DNA of 64,000 nt. Origin: an uncultured Thermoplasmatales archaeon (lineage in GTDB: Archaea; Thermoplasmatota; SW-10-69-26; JACQPN01; CAZDGP01). Of this stretch, positions 16,848-26,281 are shown piece by piece. The stretch is taken from contig CAZDGP010000002.1 in the NCBI GenBank assembly GCA_964505085.1, forward strand, positions 32,421 to 96,420. The letters run 5' to 3'. The stretch's first letter is position 1. Every line of letters begins with the position of its first letter. The notes beneath the pieces were generated by a model. That model saw only the letters and a list, made by a program, of their open reading frames with translations, made no database searches and was not told where the DNA came from. The position numbers and the translations under genes are program-made.

Positions 16848-18755
16848 ATGGCTGATGATGACAACGAAGGGAAGGGGAGCAAGCGTGACGGTGATGGAGA
16901 CGAGCCCCAGAAGCCGACGATGCGCCAGGTGGGGGAGACGGACATCTCCCCCATGAAGGCCCCCGAGGAATCCGCACGTTCCCCCGATGCACCTCTCGAC
17001 CTTGCGGACACCGACACGAAGGACTTCCTGAAGGACCTGGAGCGCAAGCAGAAGGAGCGCCTGGAGCAGAAGCTGGCGGAAGCCCGGGAGATGGAGCGCC
17101 GGGCGAAGAATCTCGTGAAGAAGGTGCAGGAGCAGCAGAAGTTCCGCCGGGACTACGAGGCGCACTCGGCGTACGTGGAACAGCTCGCGCCGGAGCTGGG
17201 CCTCGATCCCACGCGCCCCGTCACGGAGATCCCGGACCTCGAGGGCACGGACCTCACCCAGGTGGAGTTCACCACCATGGTGGAGGGCCGCAGCTACGTG
17301 CGACTCGTGTACGACGAGACACGGAACCGCCACCTCTACCAGGTCATCGAACCCGACCTCACGAGCAGCGAGGAGGAGGTGCTGGAGTTCCTCCGGGACA
17401 CCCTCGTGCGCACCCTCGACGGTCGCCACGACCCCGACGAGGACTGGGAGCAGTACCTCGTGGACGCCATCGAGCGCGCCATCGTCGACCACAGCATCCT
17501 CGTGGACGAGGTGAGCAAGGAGCGCCTCGAGTACTACCTCATCCGGGACTTCCTCGGGTACGGCCCCATCGACGTGATGATGAAGGACCCCATGATCGAG
17601 GACATCAGCTGCGACGGTCCCGGGATCCCCATCTACGTCTTCCACCGGCATCACGAGAGCATCAAGAGCAACGTGGTCTTCGAGGACGAGCGGACGCTGG
17701 ACAGCTTCGTCATCCGCCTGGCCCAACGCTCGGGGAAGCACATCAGCCTGGCCGAGCCCGTGCTCGATGCAACCCTCCCCGACACGAGCCGGCTCCAGGC
17801 CACCCTGAGCAAGGAGGTCACGCCCCGGGGCTCGAGCTTCACCATCCGGCGTTTCCGCGCCGACCCTCTCACGCCCCCGGACCTCATGCGTTTGGGCACG
17901 CTGAACGCTCCCATGGCCGCCCTCATGTGGTTCGCCATGGAGCACGGCAGCAGCATGATCTTCGCCGGCGGCACCGCGTCCGGGAAGACCACGACGTTGA
18001 ACAGCGTGAGCCAGTTCATCCCGCCGGCGAAGAAGGTGGTGAGCATCGAGGACACCCGCGAGATCAACCTCCAGCACGAGAACTGGATCGCGGGCGTCAC
18101 GCGGGAGGGCCTGGAGGGAACCCAGGGCCAGGCCACGAAGGTGGACATGTTCCGCCTCCTCACGGCGGCGCTCCGGCAGCGCCCCGAGTACCTCCTCGTG
18201 GGTGAGGTGCGGGGTGCGGAGGCCTTCACGCTCTTCCAGGCCATGGCCACGGGCCACGCCACGTACAGCACGCTCCACGCCGACAGCGTGCAGTCCGCGG
18301 TCTACCGGTTGGAGAACGAACCCATCAACATCCCCCGCCTCATGCTCCAGACCCTCGACGCCGTCGCCGTGCAGGTGCAGGTTCGGGTCCGGGGCCAGAT
18401 GGTGCGCCGCATCAGCGAGTTCGTGGAGATCGTGGACATCGACCCCGACAGCGGCGACCTCCTCACGAACACCGTGTTCAAGTGGGATCAGGGATCGGAC
18501 ACGTACAAGTACATGGGGAAGAGCGTCATCCTCGAGCAGATCATGGACAAGATCAACGTGTCCGCCCACGAGATCGAGGAGGAGTGGAACGACCGCACCC
18601 TCGTCCTCGAGTGGATGATGGAGAAGGGCATCCGCCACATCACGGACGTGGCCAACGTCCTCTCCAGCTACTACAGCAACCCCGACGACCTCATGGCGAA
18701 GGTGCGGTCGAGCATGGGTCACGAGACCAAGGAGGGGACCGCCCGTGGGGCTTAA
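16848..18755 (+). CDS. Type IV pilus/archaellum assembly ATPase (FlaI/TadA/VirB11 family) with an about 100-aa charged N-terminal extension.
   Basis: Walker A GGTASGKTTTLNS plus SIEDTREINLQHENWIA and other FlaI/TadA hallmarks. SD-like GAGGGGTGA 8 nt upstream, and a TATA-like GATTTATGG at about 16777. Confidence 0.9.
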   Translation: MADDDNEGKGSKRDGDGDEPQKPTMRQVGETDISPMKAPEESARSPDAPLDLADTDTKDFLKDLERKQKERLEQKLAEAREMERRAKNLVKKVQEQQKFRRDYEAHSAYVEQLAPELGLDPTRPVTEIPDLEGTDLTQVEFTTMVEGRSYVRLVYDETRNRHLYQVIEPDLTSSEEEVLEFLRDTLVRTLDGRHDPDEDWEQYLVDAIERAIVDHSILVDEVSKERLEYYLIRDFLGYGPIDVMMKDPMIEDISCDGPGIPIYVFHRHHESIKSNVVFEDERTLDSFVIRLAQRSGKHISLAEPVLDATLPDTSRLQATLSKEVTPRGSSFTIRRFRADPLTPPDLMRLGTLNAPMAALMWFAMEHGSSMIFAGGTASGKTTTLNSVSQFIPPAKKVVSIEDTREINLQHENWIAGVTREGLEGTQGQATKVDMFRLLTAALRQRPEYLLVGEVRGAEAFTLFQAMATGHATYSTLHADSVQSAVYRLENEPINIPRLMLQTLDAVAVQVQVRVRGQMVRRISEFVEIVDIDPDSGDLLTNTVFKWDQGSDTYKYMGKSVILEQIMDKINVSAHEIEEEWNDRTLVLEWMMEKGIRHITDVANVLSSYYSNPDDLMAKVRSSMGHETKEGTARGA

Positions 18756-19629
18756 CCGGTACCAGCGCTTCGCCTACCGCCTCTTCGGCTCCAGCCTGGA
18801 GGAGACCGCGCAATCGAACGAACGGCTCCGCAGCAGCCTCCAGAAGGCCCACATCTACATGCGCCCCGAGGTGTACCTCAGTTACGGGTACATGAACATG
18901 CTCGTCACCTTCGTGGCGAGCCTCGTGCTCGTCCTCCTGGCGGGCATCCTCTTCGCCGCCGGCGTCCTCCCCCTCTCGCCGGCCATCGTCGCCTTCATGA
19001 TCCCCGTGCCGCTGCTCCTGGCGGCCATCGTCTACCTCATCACGTACGTGGTGCCGGACCTCCGGGCGAGCGTCCGGGCCACGGACATCGACGCGAAGGT
19101 GCCCTACGCCTTGAACTACATCGCAACCATGGCCAACGCCGGGGTCACCCCCGACGAGATCTTCGACAGCCTCAGCCGCCAACCCATCTACGGGGAGGTG
19201 GCCAACGAGGCCGCGTGGATCAGCCGGGACCTTCGTCTCCTCGGGAAGGACACCGTGACGGCGATGAACGACGCTATCGACCGCAGCCCCAGCATCAAGT
19301 GGCAGGACCTCCTCCAGGGCGCCATCGCCACCCTCACGAGCGGCGGCAGCCTCAAGGACTACTTCCTCGCGAAGAGCGACCAGTTCATCCAGGAGAACCG
19401 CCGGGAGCAGGTGCAGTTCATGGAGAGCCTGGGCGTCATCGCCGAGAGCTTCGTCACCGTCGTGGTGGCCGCCCCGCTCTTCTTCATCGTGCTCCTCACC
19501 GTCATGACCACCTTCGGGACCGGCGACAACAGCGGGTTCACCCTGGGGTACTTCCTCATCCTCGTGCTTCTACCCATGAGCCAGGCCGGGTTCGCAGCCA
19601 CCATCAAGCTCATGACACCGGAGGTGTAA
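18745..19629 (+). CDS. TadC/FlaJ-like membrane protein, part 1 (T2SSF domain).
   Basis: Overlaps the ATPase stop. A cytoplasmic T2SSF-like domain (PYALNYIATMANAGVTPDEIFDSLS..) is flanked by TM helices. Confidence 0.85.
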   Translation: MGLNRYQRFAYRLFGSSLEETAQSNERLRSSLQKAHIYMRPEVYLSYGYMNMLVTFVASLVLVLLAGILFAAGVLPLSPAIVAFMIPVPLLLAAIVYLITYVVPDLRASVRATDIDAKVPYALNYIATMANAGVTPDEIFDSLSRQPIYGEVANEAAWISRDLRLLGKDTVTAMNDAIDRSPSIKWQDLLQGAIATLTSGGSLKDYFLAKSDQFIQENRREQVQFMESLGVIAESFVTVVVAAPLFFIVLLTVMTTFGTGDNSGFTLGYFLILVLLPMSQAGFAATIKLMTPEV

Positions 19630-19633
19630 CGGG

Positions 19634-21520
19634 ATGCGCACCGACTGGCTCAAGTACCTCGACCTGGAGTCGAAGCAGAAGCGCCTCGTGGAGCGGAACA
19701 GGGAGCTCTACGAGAAGTTCGTGTTCTACCCGCTCCTCGCGGGCCTCATCATCGCCACGGCGGGAACCCTCGTGGGGATCGTGAACTACCGCGGCACCGC
19801 GCCCGTGGGGTTCTGGGGGTTCGCCCTGGGCATCGTGCTCGTCACCATGAGCATGGGCCTCAGCATGCCCCTGGAGACCTTCCGGGTGCTGAGCAGCCAG
19901 ATCACCGGCGGCAGCCGCTACGACACGCGGCGGTTCTGGAAGCGGCTCAAGACCACCGGCGTCACGCTCCACATCCTCACGCTTCTGGGCGCGTTCTTCC
20001 TGCTGCTGGCGTTCATGAGCCGCGTGGACCTCGTGAGCTTCGGCGAGGTGAGCTACCTGCTCCTCCTCCGCCTGCTCCTCGTCTACGCGCTGGCCCTCTT
20101 CCTCACCGTGGGGTACGGCCTCTACCTCACGCTCCGCACGCCCCTGGAGCGCCGGAGCTTCTTCGGCTTCGAGAACCTCTTCTTCTACCTGGGGGTTGCC
20201 GGGAGCGTGGTCTTCGGCTTCGCTGCTGCCACCCTCGCCACCGGGGTGATCCCCATCGAGGGGACCCTGGGTCTACGCCCCACGGACGCCCCCGTGGTGC
20301 TCCTCACCGCCTCCACCCTGGCAGGGTTCGCCCTCTACATGGGGCGGTCGCCACCTACGCTCAAGATCCTGCTCACGGACGAGCGCGAGTACTACGCTGG
20401 CCTGGGAGGCACCGGGGGCCGCCGCAGCGTGCTCCTCCCCGCCATCATGGCCTTCACCCTGCTCTTCATCGTCGTCCTCAGCATCTTCGTCTTCGGCGTG
20501 GGTGTCGTGGGGCTCTTCGAGGAGATCCCTGCCAACACCGTGCTCTTCGGCGTCATCGGGTTCATCATCCTGGGGATGGCGGGGATCGTCGTCGTCACGG
20601 TGGTCATGAGCCGGAGCGAGGACACCGGCACCCTCTACAAGACCCGCCGGAGCACGGAGGACCGGAAGGAGATCGCGGTGCAGGCCGGCAGCGCCGCCTT
20701 CGCCAGCATCTTCTTCCTCATCGCGGGGTACCTCTACACGGGCCGCACGCTCCTGGGCTTCCCCAGCCAGCGGTGGCTCGACTTCTTCAGCTTCGGTCTC
20801 CTGGCGGCCCTGGGCCCCTACGGGTTCTACGTGGCTGCCCGGCGCAAGCGCGTGAAGGACCTGGAGGCACGCTTCCCGGACTTCCTCCGGGACCTCGCCG
20901 CCAGCAACCGCGCGGGTCTCACCCTCACGAACTCCGTGACCATCGCAAGCCACGGGGAGTACGGGGCTCTCACGCCCGAGATCGTGAAGATGGCGGACCA
21001 GCTCAGCTGGAACGTTCCCTTCACCGAGGCGCTGGACCGCTTCGCGGAACGCGTGCAGACGCCCCTCGTGGAGCGTGCCGTGAGCCTCATCATGGAGGCG
21101 GACAGCGCCGGAGGCAACGTCACGGACGTGCTCGTGGCCGCCGCCAAGGACGCTCGGGAGATCAAGAACCTCGAGAACGAGCGCCGCACCACCATGGTGA
21201 TGTACACCGCCATCATCTACATCACGTTCGCGGTGTTCCTCGGGGGTGCCGCCGTGCTCTACGGGACCTTCATCCCCCAGCTCGTGGCCACGGGCACCGC
21301 CGTGAAGGCCGCAGGCATCTCGGGCTTCGGACCCATCAGCTTCAACATCCTCACCCTCGCCGAGTACCGGACGTTCTACTACCTCTCGGCCCTCGTGCAG
21401 GCTGTGGGCAACGGGTTCGTCGCAGGCCTCATCGAGAGCGGAAGCGCCCTGGCGGGGATGCGCCACAGCTTCATCATGGTGGCCATCACGTGGATCACGT
21501 TCACCGTGGTGCTCCTCTAG
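19634..21520 (+). CDS. TadC/FlaJ-like membrane protein, part 2 (many TM helices plus a second T2SSF domain).
   Basis: 628 aa, at least 9 predicted TM helices, with the T2SSF-like segment RFPDFLRDLAASNRAGLTLTNSVTIAS..SLIMEADSAGGNVTDVL. Confidence 0.85.
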   Translation: MRTDWLKYLDLESKQKRLVERNRELYEKFVFYPLLAGLIIATAGTLVGIVNYRGTAPVGFWGFALGIVLVTMSMGLSMPLETFRVLSSQITGGSRYDTRRFWKRLKTTGVTLHILTLLGAFFLLLAFMSRVDLVSFGEVSYLLLLRLLLVYALALFLTVGYGLYLTLRTPLERRSFFGFENLFFYLGVAGSVVFGFAAATLATGVIPIEGTLGLRPTDAPVVLLTASTLAGFALYMGRSPPTLKILLTDEREYYAGLGGTGGRRSVLLPAIMAFTLLFIVVLSIFVFGVGVVGLFEEIPANTVLFGVIGFIILGMAGIVVVTVVMSRSEDTGTLYKTRRSTEDRKEIAVQAGSAAFASIFFLIAGYLYTGRTLLGFPSQRWLDFFSFGLLAALGPYGFYVAARRKRVKDLEARFPDFLRDLAASNRAGLTLTNSVTIASHGEYGALTPEIVKMADQLSWNVPFTEALDRFAERVQTPLVERAVSLIMEADSAGGNVTDVLVAAAKDAREIKNLENERRTTMVMYTAIIYITFAVFLGGAAVLYGTFIPQLVATGTAVKAAGISGFGPISFNILTLAEYRTFYYLSALVQAVGNGFVAGLIESGSALAGMRHSFIMVAITWITFTVVLL

Positions 21521-21526
21521 GCGGGG

Positions 21527-22780
21527 TCACCTTCCCCTGGCCAGGTGTGTCAGGGGGACGCTCGCCAACGTGACGATGGCGGCGGTGAGGAACAACGCGG
21601 GGAACCCCCACCGCCCCGCCACCCCGGCGGCCAGGAGACCGCCCACGGCGGTGGCCACACCCGCCGTGATGCTGAAGAGCGCCAGCACCTCCCCCTCGTT
21701 CCGCGTGGGGAGCGCCCCCAGGAGCGCTACAGGTCCCGCCACGCTCACCACCGACCACCCCGCGCCCACCACCGAAGCCAGCGCCATCACGGGGGCGAAA
21801 CCCCGAGCGATGGGAAGGGCCAAGAGAAGCATAGCCCCCGCGCGAACCCCCGCGGCCAGGTCCTTCGCCCGGGCGGGTCCCACCCGGTCCACCAACCGCC
21901 CCGCGGAGCCGCTCGCCAGGGCGCCCACCGCGGCGTTCCCCAGGAACACCACGGGCACCCACGCGAGGGGCACCCCCAGCTCCACGAGGTACACGGGCAA
22001 CAGCACGAAGACCAGGTTCCCCCCCAACGCGATGAGGAAGATGTTGGCCATGGCACCCCGTCCCCCGGTGCGCAGCGTGTCGAGGCTTGGAAGGCGCAGC
22101 ATCCCCTGGAGGGGAGGGGACGCCCGCCGTTGGAAGGGTGCGGCGAGGGGCGTGGCGGCGGTGCGCAGGATGGCGGTGATCTCGTCCCGGCCCAGGAAGT
22201 GCACGGGCTCCTCCAGCATCGTGAGGGCGAGCACCACGCTCACCACCGTGAAGGCCGCGCCCAGGATGAAGAGGGTGCGGAGGTCCGTCTGCGTCACCAG
22301 GAGGGCGCTGGCGAGCAACCCCACCGCGTGGGCGCCCAACGTCCACCCGTTCCACCGGCCCAACCGCATCCCCACCTCGTGGGGGGGTCCGGACTCCGCC
22401 GCGAGAGCCCCCCCGCAAGCCACCGTGGCCGCCACGCCGAACCCCATGAGGCTCCGCCCCACGAGGAGCCACAGCGTGTCGCGAGCTAGTGCGAGCACCC
22501 CCAGGCTCGTCGCCACCATGGCGATGCCCGCGACGATGAATGGTTTCCTCCGGCGCACGAGGTCGCTGGCACGCCCCCAGAGGTAGGCTCCCGCGATGGT
22601 GAGGCTGGCGAAGAGGAACTCCATGACGCCCACGAGCTCGAGGCTCGCACCCAGCGCCAGCGCGTACAGGGGGACGAGGGGAGCCACGAGACCCTCCCCC
22701 GCCCGCTGGGGGAGCAACGCACCCACCCACGCTAGACCCCCTGCGTGCGCGGTCCGCGGCGCCGCCTCACCCTCGCTCAT
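21527..22780 (-). CDS. MFS transporter.
   Basis: 12-TM profile, with GRASDLVRRRKPFIVAG (an MFS motif-A-like sequence). The ATG at 22778-22780 is preferred over the track's upstream TTG. Confidence 0.8.
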   Translation of the reverse strand: MSEGEAAPRTAHAGGLAWVGALLPQRAGEGLVAPLVPLYALALGASLELVGVMEFLFASLTIAGAYLWGRASDLVRRRKPFIVAGIAMVATSLGVLALARDTLWLLVGRSLMGFGVAATVACGGALAAESGPPHEVGMRLGRWNGWTLGAHAVGLLASALLVTQTDLRTLFILGAAFTVVSVVLALTMLEEPVHFLGRDEITAILRTAATPLAAPFQRRASPPLQGMLRLPSLDTLRTGGRGAMANIFLIALGGNLVFVLLPVYLVELGVPLAWVPVVFLGNAAVGALASGSAGRLVDRVGPARAKDLAAGVRAGAMLLLALPIARGFAPVMALASVVGAGWSVVSVAGPVALLGALPTRNEGEVLALFSITAGVATAVGGLLAAGVAGRWGFPALFLTAAIVTLASVPLTHLARGR

Positions 22781-22896
22781 GGTGAGCCCCGGCAACGGCG
22801 CCTCCCCGTAAGGGGGTTGTGGTCCGGTCCGCGCCCGCGGCCCCCGCCGACCACAAACCTTAACCCCGCCACGACGATGCCGGGGGCAGTGATCCC

Positions 22897-23787
22897 ATGA
22901 CGAAGATCGGATTCGTGGGCGCCGGGAAGATCGGGGCCAACGCGGTGTACGCCACCCTCCACAAGGTGAACGTGGACGAGATCGCGATCGTGGACCTCCA
23001 GGAGGACCTCGCCCAGGGCGAGGCCCTGGACCTCAACACCGCCGCGGCGGGCCTCGGGCTCCCCACGCGGGTGCGAGGCGGCAAGGACTACGAGCTCCTC
23101 GAGGGGAGCGACGTCGTCGTCGTGAGCGCGGGCATCCCGCGGAAACCCGGGATGACGCGGGAGGACCTCATCCAGAAGAACGCGGGGGTCATGCAGACCA
23201 TCACCGAGGGCGTGAAGGAGCACGCTCCCGACAGCAAGATCCTCCTCGTGACGAACCCCGTGGACCCCCTCACGTACATCACGTGGAAGGAGAGCGGGTG
23301 GGACCGGAGCCGCGTCTTCGGCATGGGCGCCCTCCACGACAGCATGCGCCTCTGGGACCTCCTCCGGGACGACGGCGCCTCCACGTACGACGCGTGGATC
23401 CTCGGCCCCCACGGCGAGGATATGTTCCCCGCCAAGAGCCTCGCCACCGTGGAGGGCCTCTCCCCCGAGTGGGGTGACGTGAAGGAGGCGATCCGCGGCC
23501 GCGCCATGAACATCATCGAGAAGAAGGGCGCCACGTACTACGCCCCCGGCATCGCCATCGCGCACATGCTGGAGACGATCCTGGGCCGCGAGAAGCGTCT
23601 CCTCCCCGTGGTGAGCATCCTCCAGGGTGAGTACGGCCTGGAGGACGTGGCCCTCGGCGTCCCCGCCATCCTCAGCCACAAGGGCGTGGAGCGCATCGTG
23701 GAGCTGCCACTGAGCAGCGAGGACCGGAAGCTCCTGGAGAAGGGTGCCAACACCGTGCGGGAGCAGATCGGGGACGCCGGGTACTGA
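22897..23787 (+). CDS. mdh: Malate dehydrogenase (LDH/MDH family).
   Basis: KIGFVGAGKIGAN..VVVSAGIPRKPGMTREDL..LVTNPVD..GMGALHDSMR, 296 aa. Confidence 0.9.
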   Translation: MTKIGFVGAGKIGANAVYATLHKVNVDEIAIVDLQEDLAQGEALDLNTAAAGLGLPTRVRGGKDYELLEGSDVVVVSAGIPRKPGMTREDLIQKNAGVMQTITEGVKEHAPDSKILLVTNPVDPLTYITWKESGWDRSRVFGMGALHDSMRLWDLLRDDGASTYDAWILGPHGEDMFPAKSLATVEGLSPEWGDVKEAIRGRAMNIIEKKGATYYAPGIAIAHMLETILGREKRLLPVVSILQGEYGLEDVALGVPAILSHKGVERIVELPLSSEDRKLLEKGANTVREQIGDAGY

Positions 23788-23938
23788 CGCCCGGGCACCC
23801 TCCCCGTCCTCCTCCGATCGGGCCAGCGGCACCGAGGACCTGCTCGAGCCCCCTCCGTCCACATCCCCCGCGGCCCCGGAGCACAGGCTCCATGCGTACC
23901 CTTATCTCGGGGATGGTGCAGAAGGGAGGTGGAACACC

Positions 23939-24346
23939 ATGACACCAGGAAGCGTACGTACCGTGGGAACCGCCACCGGGTTCCGCATCGACCTCGCAAG
24001 CCGCCCCGGGAGCCTCCAGGAGGTGACGCGGGGCCTCGCCAAGGAGGACGTGAACATCCGCTCGGTGTCGGGCGTGGATCTGGGTCGCGACGCGGTGGCC
24101 ATCCTCCTCACCGACAACGATGCCGCCACCCACAGGGTGCTGGAGGCTCTCCAGGTCCCCCACGACGCCGTGGAGCTCGTCACCGTGGACCTGGAGGACC
24201 GCCCCGGCGCCCTGGACGAGGTGCTCATGACGCTGGCGCACGCGGGCGTGAACATCCAGGCCATCGCGGCGGCTCCAGAACCCATGGTGGGGCCGGCCTT
24301 CGTGGTGGCGGATGCCACCCGGGTCGCCGACCTCATCCGGAGTTGA
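23939..24346 (+). CDS. ACT-domain protein (two ACT repeats).
   Basis: GFRIDLASRPGSLQEVTRGLAKEDVNIRSV and ELVTVDLEDRPGALDEVLMTLAHAGVNIQAI. GGAGGTG SD 8 nt upstream of the ATG; the track ORF over-extends at the 5' end. Confidence 0.75.
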   Translation: MTPGSVRTVGTATGFRIDLASRPGSLQEVTRGLAKEDVNIRSVSGVDLGRDAVAILLTDNDAATHRVLEALQVPHDAVELVTVDLEDRPGALDEVLMTLAHAGVNIQAIAAAPEPMVGPAFVVADATRVADLIRS

Positions 24347-24373
24347 CCCCCGCCTGCCTTCGGAAACCTTAAG

Positions 24374-24387
24374 TAGAACGTCCGTTC
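24374..24387 (+). promoter_or_regulatory. BRE/TATA (GAAACCTTAAGTAG) about 35 nt upstream of the secreted-protein gene.
   Basis: Matches the window-wide promoter consensus. Confidence 0.4.
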
Positions 24388-24417
24388 GACGGGGGTTCGG
24401 CGGCTGTGGGTGACGAC

Positions 24418-25428
24418 ATGCAGGGACGACGAACGGTCCTCCTGCTGGCCATCCTGGGTGTGCTGGGGAGCCTACCCGGGGGCGTGCTGGCGGTGGACGA
24501 TGGCACGAGCTTGGATGGCACCACGGACACGTTGAACGACAGCGTCGACGGTGCCGTGGACGACGTCACCGGGCAGACCGAGTCCCGCACGGGCGCCGGG
24601 ATCCCCAGCGTGGACACCACCGTGGGCGTGGCCCTGAGCCCCGTGACGGACGCCACCGCCACCTGCTACGATCGGTACGACGGGTTCTTCCTCGAGGTCT
24701 TCCCCCCGGAGCTCGACGGGTACAGCTCCGCCCTCGCTTACAGCGTATGCTACGCTCCCGGCACCGCCCGTGACGAGGTGGCGAACCAGTGCAACATCCT
24801 CATCTGGAGCACCTACGGCGACGGCGCTCAGGAGGAGCGGGAGATGGCTCGCGACCTCATGGAGGCCGTCTGCTGGGAGGCCATCCACGAGGGGAACCTC
24901 GACGAGGGCGTGGGCGGGGTGGACGCCTGCGCCGCCACCGACACGCTCACGGTGAGCACCACGTTCAACAGCCCCGTGAGCACCGACTACCTCCTGGGGC
25001 TCCTGGTGACCGCCCAGGGCACCCCCTGCGAGAGCGTCCTCGCCGCAGGCCACGACGCCAACGCGCGCGCCTCGGCCACGGTGGAGCAAGTGGACAGCGA
25101 CACGAAGCGCGTGACACCGCAAGTGAGCGCCCAGGGTGACACCGCCGGCACGTGGATCGTCGAGGCTCGCAGCCGCGTGCTCTCCACCAGCAGCTTCGAG
25201 TCGGGGTGGAGCGTCGTGAGCGGCTCCGGCGAGACCCTCACATGCAACTTCGACGTTGCCCTCACCGACACGAACGGCGGCTCCTGCACGAGCGTGGGCT
25301 CCAGCGTCGACGTGACGGAGTCCAACTACGTCGTGTACCGGTGGCAGGTGGACTACACCCTCGTGTGGGTGGACGGCACCGGCACGGCCCACCACGTGCT
25401 CTCCGGGACCGACGGCGGGTACCTGTGA
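24418..25428 (+). CDS. Secreted hypothetical protein (signal peptide, Cys-containing, Thr/Ser/Asp-rich).
   Basis: MQGRRTVLLLAILGVLGSLPGGVLA signal peptide. No recognisable domain. Confidence 0.7.
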   Translation: MQGRRTVLLLAILGVLGSLPGGVLAVDDGTSLDGTTDTLNDSVDGAVDDVTGQTESRTGAGIPSVDTTVGVALSPVTDATATCYDRYDGFFLEVFPPELDGYSSALAYSVCYAPGTARDEVANQCNILIWSTYGDGAQEEREMARDLMEAVCWEAIHEGNLDEGVGGVDACAATDTLTVSTTFNSPVSTDYLLGLLVTAQGTPCESVLAAGHDANARASATVEQVDSDTKRVTPQVSAQGDTAGTWIVEARSRVLSTSSFESGWSVVSGSGETLTCNFDVALTDTNGGSCTSVGSSVDVTESNYVVYRWQVDYTLVWVDGTGTAHHVLSGTDGGYL

Positions 25429-25522
25429 CGCGGTTCCCGTGCGATGCCGCAAGCTTCAAGACCTACCGAGGGCGCCCCGTGCCCAACCCACCAGGTGCTG
25501 AGGGGCTGAGGGGCTCGGGTCC

Positions 25523-26068
25523 ATGGCCGCAAACTTCAAGGTTGGGACGATGCAGAGCACCAGGGGGCGCAAGCCGGTGGACCACGTGGTGAACCTTCGG
25601 AAGGAGATCGAGATCCTCGCACCTCCGCAACGGGTATTCGAGCTCCTGGCTCACCCCGAGGAGGCGCCCCGGTGGGAACCGGGGCTCCTCGAGGCACGCC
25701 TCGACCCCGACGGACCCCTGCAGGAGGGCCGGGGCTTCACCGCCGTGACGGAGGCCTTCGGCGGCTCCTACCGGTGGCGGGCGGTGGCCACGGAGGTGGA
25801 CCCCAGCCGGGTCCTCGCGTGGCACATGGTGGAGGGCGAGTTCAAGCGCCATGACGCCCGGTTCCGCTTGGAACCCACCTCCCGCGGCACACGCCTGCAC
25901 CTTGCCATGGACGTGGAACCCCCCTACGTTCTTCCCGAGTTCCGCACCCAGGATGAGGTGGAGGAGGAGCTGAGTCGGCGCTACGACCGGGCGCTCCTCA
26001 ACCTCAAGGACCTCCTGGAGGACGCCGCCGGCCACGCCACCACGCTGGACCTTGCCGGCACCGCCTGA
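25523..26068 (+). CDS. SRPBCC (START/Bet v1/polyketide-cyclase-like) domain protein.
   Basis: EIEILAPPQRVFELLAHPEEAPRWEPGL.. fits the Polyketide_cyc2 profile. Confidence 0.7.
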   Translation: MAANFKVGTMQSTRGRKPVDHVVNLRKEIEILAPPQRVFELLAHPEEAPRWEPGLLEARLDPDGPLQEGRGFTAVTEAFGGSYRWRAVATEVDPSRVLAWHMVEGEFKRHDARFRLEPTSRGTRLHLAMDVEPPYVLPEFRTQDEVEEELSRRYDRALLNLKDLLEDAAGHATTLDLAGTA

Positions 26069-26281
26069 TGCTCCGCATCGCGGCGGCACCGCCAACCTCC
26101 GGCTCGCCGGTACAGCGTGACGACTTCGTCGTCCCGCTGCCCCGCCGGCCTTCGGCGGGCGGGCACGGCGTGACGCCTCCCTTACCCTGCTGCAACGCCG
26201 ATCCTCGGTCCCGCATCCACCCCACCGCGAGCCGTGGGGTTCAAGCCCCCTTGCGTCCATGGGGCGCTGAGGTGCGGACCC

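Noticed and set aside
16848-18755. Calling the ATPase specifically FlaI (archaellum) and the locus an archaellum operon.
   Set aside because: No archaellin (FlaB) or FlaF/FlaG-like genes are present. The three structural genes are giant Pilin_N-type proteins. It is therefore annotated generically as a FlaI/TadA-family pilus ATPase.
26234-26250. tRNA-like T-arm GTGGGGTTCAAGCCCCC in the intergenic region before the ALDH gene.
   Set aside because: No matching acceptor stem (GGACGCA) about 65 nt upstream, and no D-arm or anticodon arm could be built. Likely chance similarity.
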